A DNA stretch of 64,000 nucleotides, from contig JAJRWB010000050.1 of NCBI GenBank assembly GCA_024276995.1, positions 80,359-144,358 of the forward strand, read 5' to 3'. Below are positions 9,283 through 17,685 of this stretch, in pieces. This DNA is from Candidatus Eiseniibacteriota bacterium. GTDB lineage: Bacteria > Orphanbacterota > Orphanbacteria > Orphanbacterales > Orphanbacteraceae. The notes beneath the pieces were generated by a model. The model saw only the letters and a program-made list of their open reading frames with translations. It was not told the origin of the DNA and did no database searches. Made by a program: the position numbers and the translations under genes. How positions within the stretch are numbered: position 1 is the stretch's first letter; each line of letters begins with the position of its first letter.

Positions 9283-9890
9283 GTGCCGGCGCTGGACATC
9301 CCGGCGTCATGCCGACTGCGCGGTCGCTCGGCGGCGCTTCGGAAGGGCCGCTCGCCGGCGGCGGCTTTCGCTCTCGGCCTGGCGTTTTTCATATGTTACA
9401 CCGTCTACGGGGCGAAAGTGGGGAAGGGCGTCGAGTTCCGGCCGTTCCGCGGCTGGGGCTACCACCTCCTCTCATTCGGCCAGCGGCCGCGATCGTTGTC
9501 GTACGGATTGATCCACGCGCGGCCCCTTTTCTTCTACACCTTCTTCTACGATCCCAATGTGATCCGGGTCGTGTGGGGGTGCTTCTCACGTTTCTCATCA
9601 TCCCGGTGACGCTCTATCCCTTCCTCGGCGGCAAGGTGTGGTGCCGTTACTGGTGTCCCCTGGCGAAGCTGATGGGTCTTTATTCGAGCTGGTTCGGCCG
9701 GTTCAACATCGCTTCGAACGAGAAACGTATCGCCTGCGGCGAGTGCAGCAGGAACTGCCAGGTGGGAATCGGCGTGATGGGCCACGCCCTCAGGCAACAA
9801 AGGATCGACAACACCAATTCATCGTGCATCGGGTGCGGCATCTGTGTCACCGTCTGTCCCATGGACGTGCTCCACTTCGGCGGGAAATGA
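9283..9890 (+). pseudogene. NapH/MauN-type membrane-bound 4Fe-4S ferredoxin, apparent frameshift at a G5 run (9575-9579)
   Basis: ORF 9283..9609 (frame 1: membrane N-terminus AFALGLAFFICYTVYG..FFYTFFYDPNVIRVVWG) and ORF 9309..9890 (frame 0: VLLTFLIIPVTLYPFLGGKVWCRYWCPLAKL..CGECSRNC..CIGCGICVTVCP) overlap. Together they form one NapH-like protein if one G is added or removed in gtgtGGGGGtgc. GTG start sits right after the ALDH stop. Confidence 0.5.
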
Positions 9891-10039
9891 AAAGAAGAGC
9901 CGGCGGCCGAAACGCCCGCCGAACCGGAACCGTTGAAGACGATAAGCGTCGGAATGTAACATCTTCCTTCCGGCGGCGACCCAATAGGGAGAATGAACCT
10001 TCCGCCCCGACCCGGCGACTTCCCTCGGAGGATCGATGG

Positions 10040-10831
10040 ATGACGAACAAAACGCGGCCTGTCTGCATCTTTTCCCTTTTCGCGCTGGCGGCGCTTCTCC
10101 TTTTCCCGCCGGGGACATGTTCGGCGGACGAGAGACTGCATTCTCTTTTCGACGGGCTATTGAAAAAGTACGTGCGAGGCGGCGAGGTGAGTTACGCCGG
10201 CTTCAAGGAGGACGAGGCGACCTTCGACGCGTACCTCGATATTCTGGCGCGCACCGATCCGGACACCCTCGATCGGAACGGGAAGTTCGCTTTCTGGATC
10301 AACGCCTACAACGCGTTCACGATTAAACTGATCCTGGGCCGCTATCCCGGTATCGAGAGCATCCGTGACATTCCCCGGGGCGACCGGTGGAGATGGAAGG
10401 GTTGGGTGGTGAACGGGAAGAAGCTGAGCCTCGATACGATCGAGCACAAGATTCTTCGTCCCATGGGCGATGCGAGAATCCACTTCGCCATCGTGTGCGC
10501 TTCGAAGTCGTGTCCCGACCTGGTGCCGGACGCGTACAGCGCCGACTCTCTCGACGCGCAGCTCGACGCCGCCGCGAGGCGCTTTCTCGCCGACGAAACG
10601 AAAGGTCTTCGCGTGGCCGACGAGAAGGGAAGGTTCGGAGGGGTGAACCATACCGCCTACATTTCGGAGATTTTTCACTGGTTCGAAGATGATTTCAAGA
10701 AAAGCGCCGGGTCGAGAATCGATTTCATCATCCCGAGGGCGCCGGAAGATGCGAAACGCTTTCTGAAAAAAAATCGTTACGACCTGAAAGTCAAGAAACT
10801 CGATTACGACTGGTCGCTCAACGGCAAGTGA
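10040..10831 (+). CDS. DUF547 domain protein with signal peptide
   Basis: Internal ATG gives MTNKTRPVCIFSLFALAALLLFPPGTCSA. The DUF547-like core is FWINAYNAFTIKLIL..IHFAIVCASKSCP. Confidence 0.65.
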   Translation: MTNKTRPVCIFSLFALAALLLFPPGTCSADERLHSLFDGLLKKYVRGGEVSYAGFKEDEATFDAYLDILARTDPDTLDRNGKFAFWINAYNAFTIKLILGRYPGIESIRDIPRGDRWRWKGWVVNGKKLSLDTIEHKILRPMGDARIHFAIVCASKSCPDLVPDAYSADSLDAQLDAAARRFLADETKGLRVADEKGRFGGVNHTAYISEIFHWFEDDFKKSAGSRIDFIIPRAPEDAKRFLKKNRYDLKVKKLDYDWSLNGK

Positions 10832-10966
10832 CTTGCGTCATCGCGACCGGCGTGGTAAGCTGCCCGCGGCTCGCGATTCGCGGCGACGGCCGCCGACGCG
10901 AAGCGTCTTGGCCCCTTCTTAGATAACGGACAGATATATCGATATATACCTGAAAAACCGGGGAGA

Positions 10967-11971
10967 GTGACCATGGAAACCACCACGGTGGAAAACCGTT
11001 TCACATTGATCGTCCAGGGGCCGGATGGGGGACCCGGGGAATTCGCCGACGCCGTGGCAAAAGGGCTTTCCGGGGAACGGAAATCGATTCCCTGCCGTTA
11101 TCTCTACGACCACCGAGGATCGCTTCTTTTCGAGGATATCTGCGCTCTCGATGAGTACTACCCGACACGCGCCGAAAGGGAGATTCTCGAAACGAGAGCC
11201 GACGAGATCGCATCCCTCCTTCCGGAAAACGCCGAAATCGTCGAGCTGGGAAGCGGGAACGCGAGAAAGACAACGCTCCTGATCGAATCGTTTCTTAGGA
11301 AGAACGGCCGCCTCAGCTATAACCCTATCGACATTTCGCGGAAGATGATCGAAGGGAGTTCGATCAGTCTGCTGAAGCGTTATCCCGACCTGGAGATCCA
11401 GGCGATCGCGGGAGATTACGGCGACGGGCTCGAGTTGATGCGGACATCGGGAGAGGGCGTGAAACTGATCCTATGGCTCGGCTCTTCGGTGGGGAATCTC
11501 GATCGGGAGGAGGCGGCCGAGTTCCTTTCCGACGTGAGAGGCCACATGGGCGCGAACGACCGGCTTCTCATCGGCATCGACCTTCGAAAGTCGAAGAAAG
11601 TGCTCGAAAAAGCTTACGATGATCGCACCGGGATCACGGCGAAGTTCAACATGAATCTCCTCCGTCGGATGAACGACGAACTGGGCGCTTCCTTCGACAT
11701 CAGGAAATTCGCCCACCGGGCGACATACCACGAGGAGGAGGGTCGGGTTGACATGGAACTCGTCTCCGTCGAGGCCCATACGGTGCGCATCGAATCGATC
11801 GATCTCGACGTGGCGTTCCGCGAAGGGGAGACGATTCACACCGAATCGTGCTATAAATACTCCCCCGAAGAGATCGACGCTCTGTTCGCGGCATCGGGTC
11901 TGGAAAACGTAAGGCGTTGGCTCGATTCGCAGCACCGGTTCAGTCTCTCCCTCGCCGCCCCGCTTCCATGA
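10967..11971 (+). CDS. egtD: EgtD-family SAM-dependent histidine N-alpha-methyltransferase-like protein
   Basis: Hallmark EgtD/Methyltransf_33 N-terminal motif YLYDHRGSLLFEDICALDEYYPTRAEREIL and a GSGNARKT SAM-binding loop. No egtB/egtC are visible in the window. Confidence 0.7.
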   Translation: MTMETTTVENRFTLIVQGPDGGPGEFADAVAKGLSGERKSIPCRYLYDHRGSLLFEDICALDEYYPTRAEREILETRADEIASLLPENAEIVELGSGNARKTTLLIESFLRKNGRLSYNPIDISRKMIEGSSISLLKRYPDLEIQAIAGDYGDGLELMRTSGEGVKLILWLGSSVGNLDREEAAEFLSDVRGHMGANDRLLIGIDLRKSKKVLEKAYDDRTGITAKFNMNLLRRMNDELGASFDIRKFAHRATYHEEEGRVDMELVSVEAHTVRIESIDLDVAFREGETIHTESCYKYSPEEIDALFAASGLENVRRWLDSQHRFSLSLAAPLP

Positions 11972-12001
11972 GGTCCGGCTGAGGAGCGCGTCGCCGGCGC
12001 G

Positions 12002-13354
12002 TCAGGCCGTGGACAGGGCGTCCGCCGTCTCCGGTGCTTCGGACGACGAATGCTCGTTGTCGCCGCCTTCCCCGTCATCGCCGTCCGGATTCTCCAGCGG
12101 AAGTCGTATGTGGAACGTCGTCCCCTTCCCGACTTCCGAATCGAAGGTCAACTCCCCCGAGAGCTTGTCCACCACCACCGACCGGGCGATGGCGAGTCCC
12201 TGCCCCGTTCCCTTCCCCACTTTTTTCGTTGTGAAGAACGGATCGAGAATGCGATCGCGTATCTCCTCGGGAATGCCTGCGCCCGTATCGGAAATGCTCA
12301 CCACGGCGTACCCTTCCTCGAGCTTCGTCGATACGACGATCTTTCCCTTCTCCACCGGCGATTCACCCAGCTTCTCCCCGATGGCGTGGGCGGCGTTGAC
12401 GACGAGGTTCAGCACCACTTGGTTGAACTCTCCGGGAAGACACGGCACGAGGGGAAGATCGGGATCGAGATCGAGCTCCAGGTCGGACACATACTTCCAT
12501 TCGTTTCGCGCCACCGTGACGGTGCTTCCGATCGCTTCATTCAGGTTGAACGGCGTGATCTCCTTCGTGCTCGGATGGGAGAATTCCTTCATGGCGAGAA
12601 CGATTTCCGAAACCCTGTCGGTCCCTTCGATCGACTGCTTCAGTGCCTTCGGAATCTCCTCGCTCAGGTATTCGATGTCGGCGTTCTCCATCTCCTCACG
12701 ACAGGTGGCGAGCATTTCATCGGTGACGGGTCCCTCTTTCGCCTTGTCGAGCATTTCGCGGAACACCTTTACACATTCGAGAATGTCGGCGAAGGAGGTG
12801 TTCAGGAAACGGAGGTTGTCTCCCACGTACTGCGTGGGCGTGTTGATCTCGTGGGCCACTCCGGCGGCGAGTTGGCCGATCGACTCCAGCTTCTGCGCCT
12901 GGAGGAGCTGCGCCTGGAGGATGCTCTGCTCGGTAACGTCGGTGGCGAGAAAGAGAAACTCCGACTGGACGCCCACTTCCTCATTTCCGCCGCGGATCGG
13001 GCTGATCCGGATGTCGAGGAAACCATCCGACCCGTCGGGTCTCTTGTAGCTCACGTTGTTCGCGCTCAGTCCCGAATCGCCGCCTCCGTTTTCGGGGAGC
13101 GATTCGAGCACTCTCGACCAATCCCACTGGACGCCGCATTCGAGGAAGGGGCGGCCGATCACGTCATTCGCCGGAATACCGAAGAGCTTCTCCGCCGCCG
13201 GGTTCCACTGACCGACCGTCTGGTCTTTGCCCACGCCGATCAGCGCGGACGATATGGAAGCGAGGAGTCTTTTCGTCCACTCGTGCGCCTGGCTAAGTCG
13301 ATCATTCGCGTCTTTCGCGTCGACCGTGCCGCTCCAGTCATTTTCCACGGTCAT
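12002..13354 (-). CDS. PAS-domain sensor histidine kinase
   Basis: HisKA H-box (AAGVAHEINTPTQYV) and HATPase_c (DTGAGIPEE..GTGQGLAIARS) with an N-terminal PAS-like region. Confidence 0.85.
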   Translation of the reverse strand: MTVENDWSGTVDAKDANDRLSQAHEWTKRLLASISSALIGVGKDQTVGQWNPAAEKLFGIPANDVIGRPFLECGVQWDWSRVLESLPENGGGDSGLSANNVSYKRPDGSDGFLDIRISPIRGGNEEVGVQSEFLFLATDVTEQSILQAQLLQAQKLESIGQLAAGVAHEINTPTQYVGDNLRFLNTSFADILECVKVFREMLDKAKEGPVTDEMLATCREEMENADIEYLSEEIPKALKQSIEGTDRVSEIVLAMKEFSHPSTKEITPFNLNEAIGSTVTVARNEWKYVSDLELDLDPDLPLVPCLPGEFNQVVLNLVVNAAHAIGEKLGESPVEKGKIVVSTKLEEGYAVVSISDTGAGIPEEIRDRILDPFFTTKKVGKGTGQGLAIARSVVVDKLSGELTFDSEVGKGTTFHIRLPLENPDGDDGEGGDNEHSSSEAPETADALSTA

Positions 13355-13552
13355 AACCCTCCGAATCCGCGTGATTCACGGCGCGCATCGTGCCGCGCCG
13401 CGGGAGATGATCTTCCCGCACCGTTGTTTCGGCCGGCCCGGCTTTTTCCTTTAGTGCCGGCATCGCCGCATTCAAGTCGACCTCCCTTCCGGGCGATTCT
13501 TCGTTAGGACGGTTCGCGCCGCGGCGGCGCGCCCTGGTCCCCGGAAGGAGCC

Positions 13553-14737
13553 GTGTCCGTGGCCGGAAAGACGAAGTCGCCCCCCGGTGAAGACGCTCTC
13601 AGCGCGGCGCACCGGGCCGCGATCAGCGAAAACATGGGGGCGCTTCTCGTCGACGCCGTGCTCCGGGAAAACGACCGCCGCGGCCATAGCGTGCCATGGC
13701 TCCGCCGGAGTGGTCGGCGCTTCCGGTTCCGGCGCCCGGGAAGGGAAGGCGTTTCGCCGGGCCGCCTGCCGGCGGGACTCATCTGGATGATCCCCGCGCT
13801 CGGCGGACTCCTCCTACAGCCCGAAGCGGGCACATGGGTCGCCGCCGCATCGATCGTCGCCCTCGGTGCCGCGTACCTTCTTCTCCACACAAGAGAAAGA
13901 AAGGGACGCTCCCTCCTCAACGCCGAGATCGCCGACCGGGTGGCCGCGGAAAAGAAGCTGATCCACAGCGTGGGGGAACTCGCCCGCTCGAACCGGGAAC
14001 TCGACGACTTCGCCTACATCGCGAGCCACGATCTGAAGGAACCTCTCCGGGGAATCAGCAGCTACTCCCGCTTTCTCCTCGAGGACTACGCCGGCGTGCT
14101 CGACGATGAAGGTGTGGAAATGCTCCGAGCCCTCCCCGATCTCACCGGCCGCATGGAGAAACTGATCGAAGAGCTGCTCCATTATTCACGGGTGGGAAGA
14201 GTGGAACTGGCGCGGGAAGAGACCGACCTGAACGCCGTGCTCGACGAGATCCTCCTCTCCCTCGCCATCGGGCTGGACGAGAAGAAGGTGGAACTCCGCA
14301 AAGCATCGCCGCTGCCGGTGATCGTGTGCGACAGAGTGCGCATCGGCGAGGTCTTCCGGAACCTGATCACCAATGCGATGAAATACAACGATTCCGATTC
14401 GAAGTGGATCGAAATCGGAACGGCCGCGGTCGATCCGGGCGGGCGCGGCGCGACGATCTATGTGAAGGACAACGGCATCGGCATTCCTCCCGAGCGCAGG
14501 GACGACGTGTTCACCATTTTCAGAAGGCTTCACGGTAGGAATGAGTACGGTGGAGGCACCGGCGCCGGCATGAGCATCGCGAGGAGAATCGTGGAGCGCC
14601 ATCACGGAAAAATCTGGTTCGACTCGACCGAAGGGGAGGGAACGACCTTCTACTTCTCCATCGGCCCCGGCGTCGATCCCTCTTCTCCGCCGGCGCCGTC
14701 GTCCGCGCAGTCTCGCACGAGGTCGATGGCCCGCTGA
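13553..14737 (+). CDS. membrane-anchored sensor histidine kinase
   Basis: H-box FAYIASHDLKEPLRGI and HATPase_c (DNGIGIPPER..GGGTGAGMSIARR). The true start may be the internal MIPALGGLL (about 13787). The C-terminal tail overlaps trmB convergently. Confidence 0.75.
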   Translation: MSVAGKTKSPPGEDALSAAHRAAISENMGALLVDAVLRENDRRGHSVPWLRRSGRRFRFRRPGREGVSPGRLPAGLIWMIPALGGLLLQPEAGTWVAAASIVALGAAYLLLHTRERKGRSLLNAEIADRVAAEKKLIHSVGELARSNRELDDFAYIASHDLKEPLRGISSYSRFLLEDYAGVLDDEGVEMLRALPDLTGRMEKLIEELLHYSRVGRVELAREETDLNAVLDEILLSLAIGLDEKKVELRKASPLPVIVCDRVRIGEVFRNLITNAMKYNDSDSKWIEIGTAAVDPGGRGATIYVKDNGIGIPPERRDDVFTIFRRLHGRNEYGGGTGAGMSIARRIVERHHGKIWFDSTEGEGTTFYFSIGPGVDPSSPPAPSSAQSRTRSMAR

Positions 14738-15612
14738 ACACCCACCGTCGGAATGTAGATCCCCCCCGGTTCGGGCCGAATGAACCAGTCTTTTTCGGTG
14801 CGAACGATTTCGACCCACACCGTCTGGCGAAGGTCTTGCTCGGCGATAAAGGCCTTCGCCATCCCCTTGCGCCGCAGCGGATCGTAGAGAAATTCCTTGA
14901 ACACCACCACCACCTCCCCCCTGCAGCCGGCGGGTTCGAACGACTCGGGGACGAAGCGGTCCACGTGATATGTCTTCAACGATACGTCCTCCTTCAACGG
15001 AACGTCGGTGTGCGTCTCCTTGACCAGGCGGATGTCGAAGAAATCGCTCTGCCCCCTGGCGCGCCACTTCCGCTCGTACTTCGTGTCGAAAGCCGCCGCC
15101 GCGCTCTTCCAGCTCATCGCGAAACCGGTGCCGCCCGCCCGGTCGGCGATCCACCGGAGATACGGCTCATGATCGGTAACGATTCTCGCCTCGGCGCCGT
15201 CGATGAGCCGACTGTTCATGAGTCGCAGGAACGGCCGGCCGAAGAGCCTATGTTTTTCGTGGCGGTCCTTCGGCCAGGGACAGGGAAAAAGGGAATAGAT
15301 CGCGCCGGTCGACCGCGGCTCGAAAAGCCGCTCGAGCACCACTTTCGCGTCGCCGAGAAGAACGAGCACGTTCGTCGCCCCGCAATGGTCGATCCGCCTG
15401 AGGAGGCGTTTCACCGATTCCCAGTGCAGTTCGATGCCGATGAAGTTCCGCTCGGGATGTTCGAGAGCCTCGCGGACGAGAAACTCGCCGTTCCCGAACC
15501 CGATTTCCACCGAAACGGGGGCGATCCTCCCGAAGCGCGCGCTCCAGTCAACGGGGCGTTTCTCCTGCCGCCACAAAACGAGCGGTTTCAGCGTGCGGTA
15601 GCTCTCCTTCAT
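14650..15612 (-). CDS. trmB: tRNA (guanine46-N7)-methyltransferase TrmB with C-terminal extension
   Basis: TrmB core motifs (VEIGFGNGEFL, NFIGIELH, LFPCPWPK) followed by an extra domain of about 90 aa. Confidence 0.8.
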   Translation of the reverse strand: MKESYRTLKPLVLWRQEKRPVDWSARFGRIAPVSVEIGFGNGEFLVREALEHPERNFIGIELHWESVKRLLRRIDHCGATNVLVLLGDAKVVLERLFEPRSTGAIYSLFPCPWPKDRHEKHRLFGRPFLRLMNSRLIDGAEARIVTDHEPYLRWIADRAGGTGFAMSWKSAAAAFDTKYERKWRARGQSDFFDIRLVKETHTDVPLKEDVSLKTYHVDRFVPESFEPAGCRGEVVVVFKEFLYDPLRRKGMAKAFIAEQDLRQTVWVEIVRTEKDWFIRPEPGGIYIPTVGVQRAIDLVRDCADDGAGGEEGSTPGPMEK

Positions 15613-15788
15613 GGCGCCATTCTACCAGATTCGGGCCTTCCTCTCCCGGGGCGTCTCCCACGCCGGGCCTGCAGGGAAACCCGGTCGATGACGATGCTTC
15701 GAGCAGCACCGGTCGCTCCGGCCGGGCGGCCGCGCTGACCGCCGTGATGGAGATCGGCGGGCGAACGGGGTATGTTCCGGGAATAGTG

Positions 15789-16598
15789 ATGAACCACTCG
15801 CGCGGGAACGCCATGATATCGATCGACGGACTCCTCCACGGGAAGAACGCGCTCGTCACCGGGGCGGGAAGGAATATCGGCGCCGCCGTCGCGCGGGAGT
15901 TGGTTTCCCACGGCGCGACACTCTTCTTCACCGAGATCGACGAGACGCTCGTCGCCGAAACGAAGCGGTCTCTTCACGCCGCCGGTGTCGATGGGCGCGG
16001 TTTCGTCTCGGATATCACCAATCCGAAGGCGAACGACCTGCTCTGTTCCACGTTGAGAAACGAACGGATCGTGATCGACCTGCTCGTGAACAACGTGGGC
16101 GTCGACGGCGTGGAACAAGGGGGCGGACTCGACGGTCTCCGGCCCGAGGTGATCCGCTCACTGTTCGACACGAACCTGTTCGGTCCGCTCGACCTGACCC
16201 GACGAATCGCCGAGACAATGGTGGAGAAATCGACGGAAGGTTCCATTCTATTCCTGTCGTCGATCCATCAATGGACGGTGCGTACCCTGCCCGCATACAG
16301 CGCATCGAAGGCGGCGACGGGCATGATCATCCGGGAACTCGCCGTGGAACTCGCCCCGCACCGGATCCGGGTGAACGGGATCGCCCCCGGATACGTCGCA
16401 CTTGATCGCCGGAAACGGCCGGTCCGGCACAGGTACACCCTTCTCCACGGTACCGCCGTCGACCCCGCCCATATCGGGAGGGCCGCCGTCTACCTCTCCT
16501 CCGATTACTTCTCGAAACACACCACCGGAACGGTGCTCACCATCGACGGCGGCCTTTCGCTGAACAACCATCTCACCGGCGCCGCCGGGGGAAAGTGA
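15789..16598 (+). CDS. SDR-family short-chain dehydrogenase/reductase
   Basis: Rossmann motif GKNALVTGAGRNIG and catalytic YSASKAA. The start is ambiguous (GTG 15744, ATG 15789 or ATG 15813). Confidence 0.8.
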   Translation: MNHSRGNAMISIDGLLHGKNALVTGAGRNIGAAVARELVSHGATLFFTEIDETLVAETKRSLHAAGVDGRGFVSDITNPKANDLLCSTLRNERIVIDLLVNNVGVDGVEQGGGLDGLRPEVIRSLFDTNLFGPLDLTRRIAETMVEKSTEGSILFLSSIHQWTVRTLPAYSASKAATGMIIRELAVELAPHRIRVNGIAPGYVALDRRKRPVRHRYTLLHGTAVDPAHIGRAAVYLSSDYFSKHTTGTVLTIDGGLSLNNHLTGAAGGK

Positions 16599-17683
16599 TG
16601 GATTCCGGGGACGGGGCGCGACGTCTGCCGGTCACGCTCTGCATGATCAACCACAATGGAGAAGCGATCCTGGAACAGTCGGTGGGCGCGGCCGTGGCGC
16701 GCTCGCATCTGTTCAGCCGAATCATCATCGTGGACAACCGCTCGAGCGACGGCAGCATCGCCCTCGTGAAGAGGCTCTTCCCGTCGGTCCGGATCGTTTC
16801 GATGGACAAGAACCGGGGCGCCGCGGCGGCACGGAACAGGGCGTGGCGGGAAGCGGGGGGCGGCGGTACGATTCTCTTTATCGATAACGACGTTATTCTC
16901 GAGGACGGGTGCGTGGAACGCCTATCGGCCGCCCTCGACGATCACCCGGCCGCCGTGGCGGCGATGCCCGCGGTGCTATACGCCGCGGACCGGGAGCGGG
17001 TACAGTATGATGGGGCGGATTCCCATTATATCGGCGTCGTCTCTCTCCGTCATGCGGGGAGAGCGGCGGCGGAACTCGACGGCGCGGTCACGCCGATCGG
17101 TTCGCTCATCACGGCGTGTTTTCTCTTCGACGGCGACCGGTGGGGGAAAGACGAACCGTTCGATGACGCGTTCTTCATCTACCTGGAAGATCACGACCTG
17201 GGTCTGCGTATCCGTATGAGGGGAGGAACGATCCTCTCGGTGCCGGCGGCGCGCTGCCTCCACGGCGAAGGAGCGGTGGATCTATCGCTTCGCTCCACAG
17301 GGCGACAAACCCCTTTGCGAATAAAAGAGCTGGTCCGGAACCGGTGGCAAATCATCTGGAAGAACTACTCGGCGAAGACGATCGTTCTCCTCCTCCCGAT
17401 GTTCGCGATCTATGAAATCGCCCAGATCGGAGGGGTGATCGCCGGGGGATGGATCGGGCCGTATTCCCGCGCGGCGACGTGGTTCATCCGGAATTTGCGC
17501 TCCATCGCACGCCGGCGGCGGGAAGCGCAGCGAAGACGCGTCGTGCCGGACGGCGAGCTTCTCACCGGTGGACCGCTCCCATTCGCCGGGGAATGGAAAC
17601 CGGGCGGGCCCGAGCGGGTCGCGCGATCACTTCTCGATTCGTTCAGCCGCCTGTACTGGCGGATTATCCATCGGGCGGTGTAG
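16595..17683 (+). CDS. GT2-family glycosyltransferase
   Basis: GT-A N-terminal domain (IIIVDNRSSDGS..ILFIDNDV) with a C-terminal membrane-associated region. The start overlaps the SDR stop. Confidence 0.8.
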   Translation: MMDSGDGARRLPVTLCMINHNGEAILEQSVGAAVARSHLFSRIIIVDNRSSDGSIALVKRLFPSVRIVSMDKNRGAAAARNRAWREAGGGGTILFIDNDVILEDGCVERLSAALDDHPAAVAAMPAVLYAADRERVQYDGADSHYIGVVSLRHAGRAAAELDGAVTPIGSLITACFLFDGDRWGKDEPFDDAFFIYLEDHDLGLRIRMRGGTILSVPAARCLHGEGAVDLSLRSTGRQTPLRIKELVRNRWQIIWKNYSAKTIVLLLPMFAIYEIAQIGGVIAGGWIGPYSRAATWFIRNLRSIARRRREAQRRRVVPDGELLTGGPLPFAGEWKPGGPERVARSLLDSFSRLYWRIIHRAV

Positions 17684-17685
17684 CC

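Noticed and set aside
8282-9310. 342-aa minus ORF antisense to the aldehyde dehydrogenase
   Set aside because: It is an antisense artefact.
13425-13450. Hairpin GCCGG-c-CCGGC followed by T5 between the two divergently oriented histidine-kinase genes
   Set aside because: It is terminator-like but lies upstream of both genes, where no transcript should end. The stem is short (5 bp) and probably fortuitous.
12050-13507. 485-aa plus ORF antisense to the PAS histidine kinase
   Set aside because: It is His/Arg/Glu-rich junk. The minus frame carries H-box and HATPase motifs.
14186-15738. ORFs 14186..15154(-) and 14836..15738(+)
   Set aside because: They are antisense to the kinase and TrmB respectively, with no domain signal.
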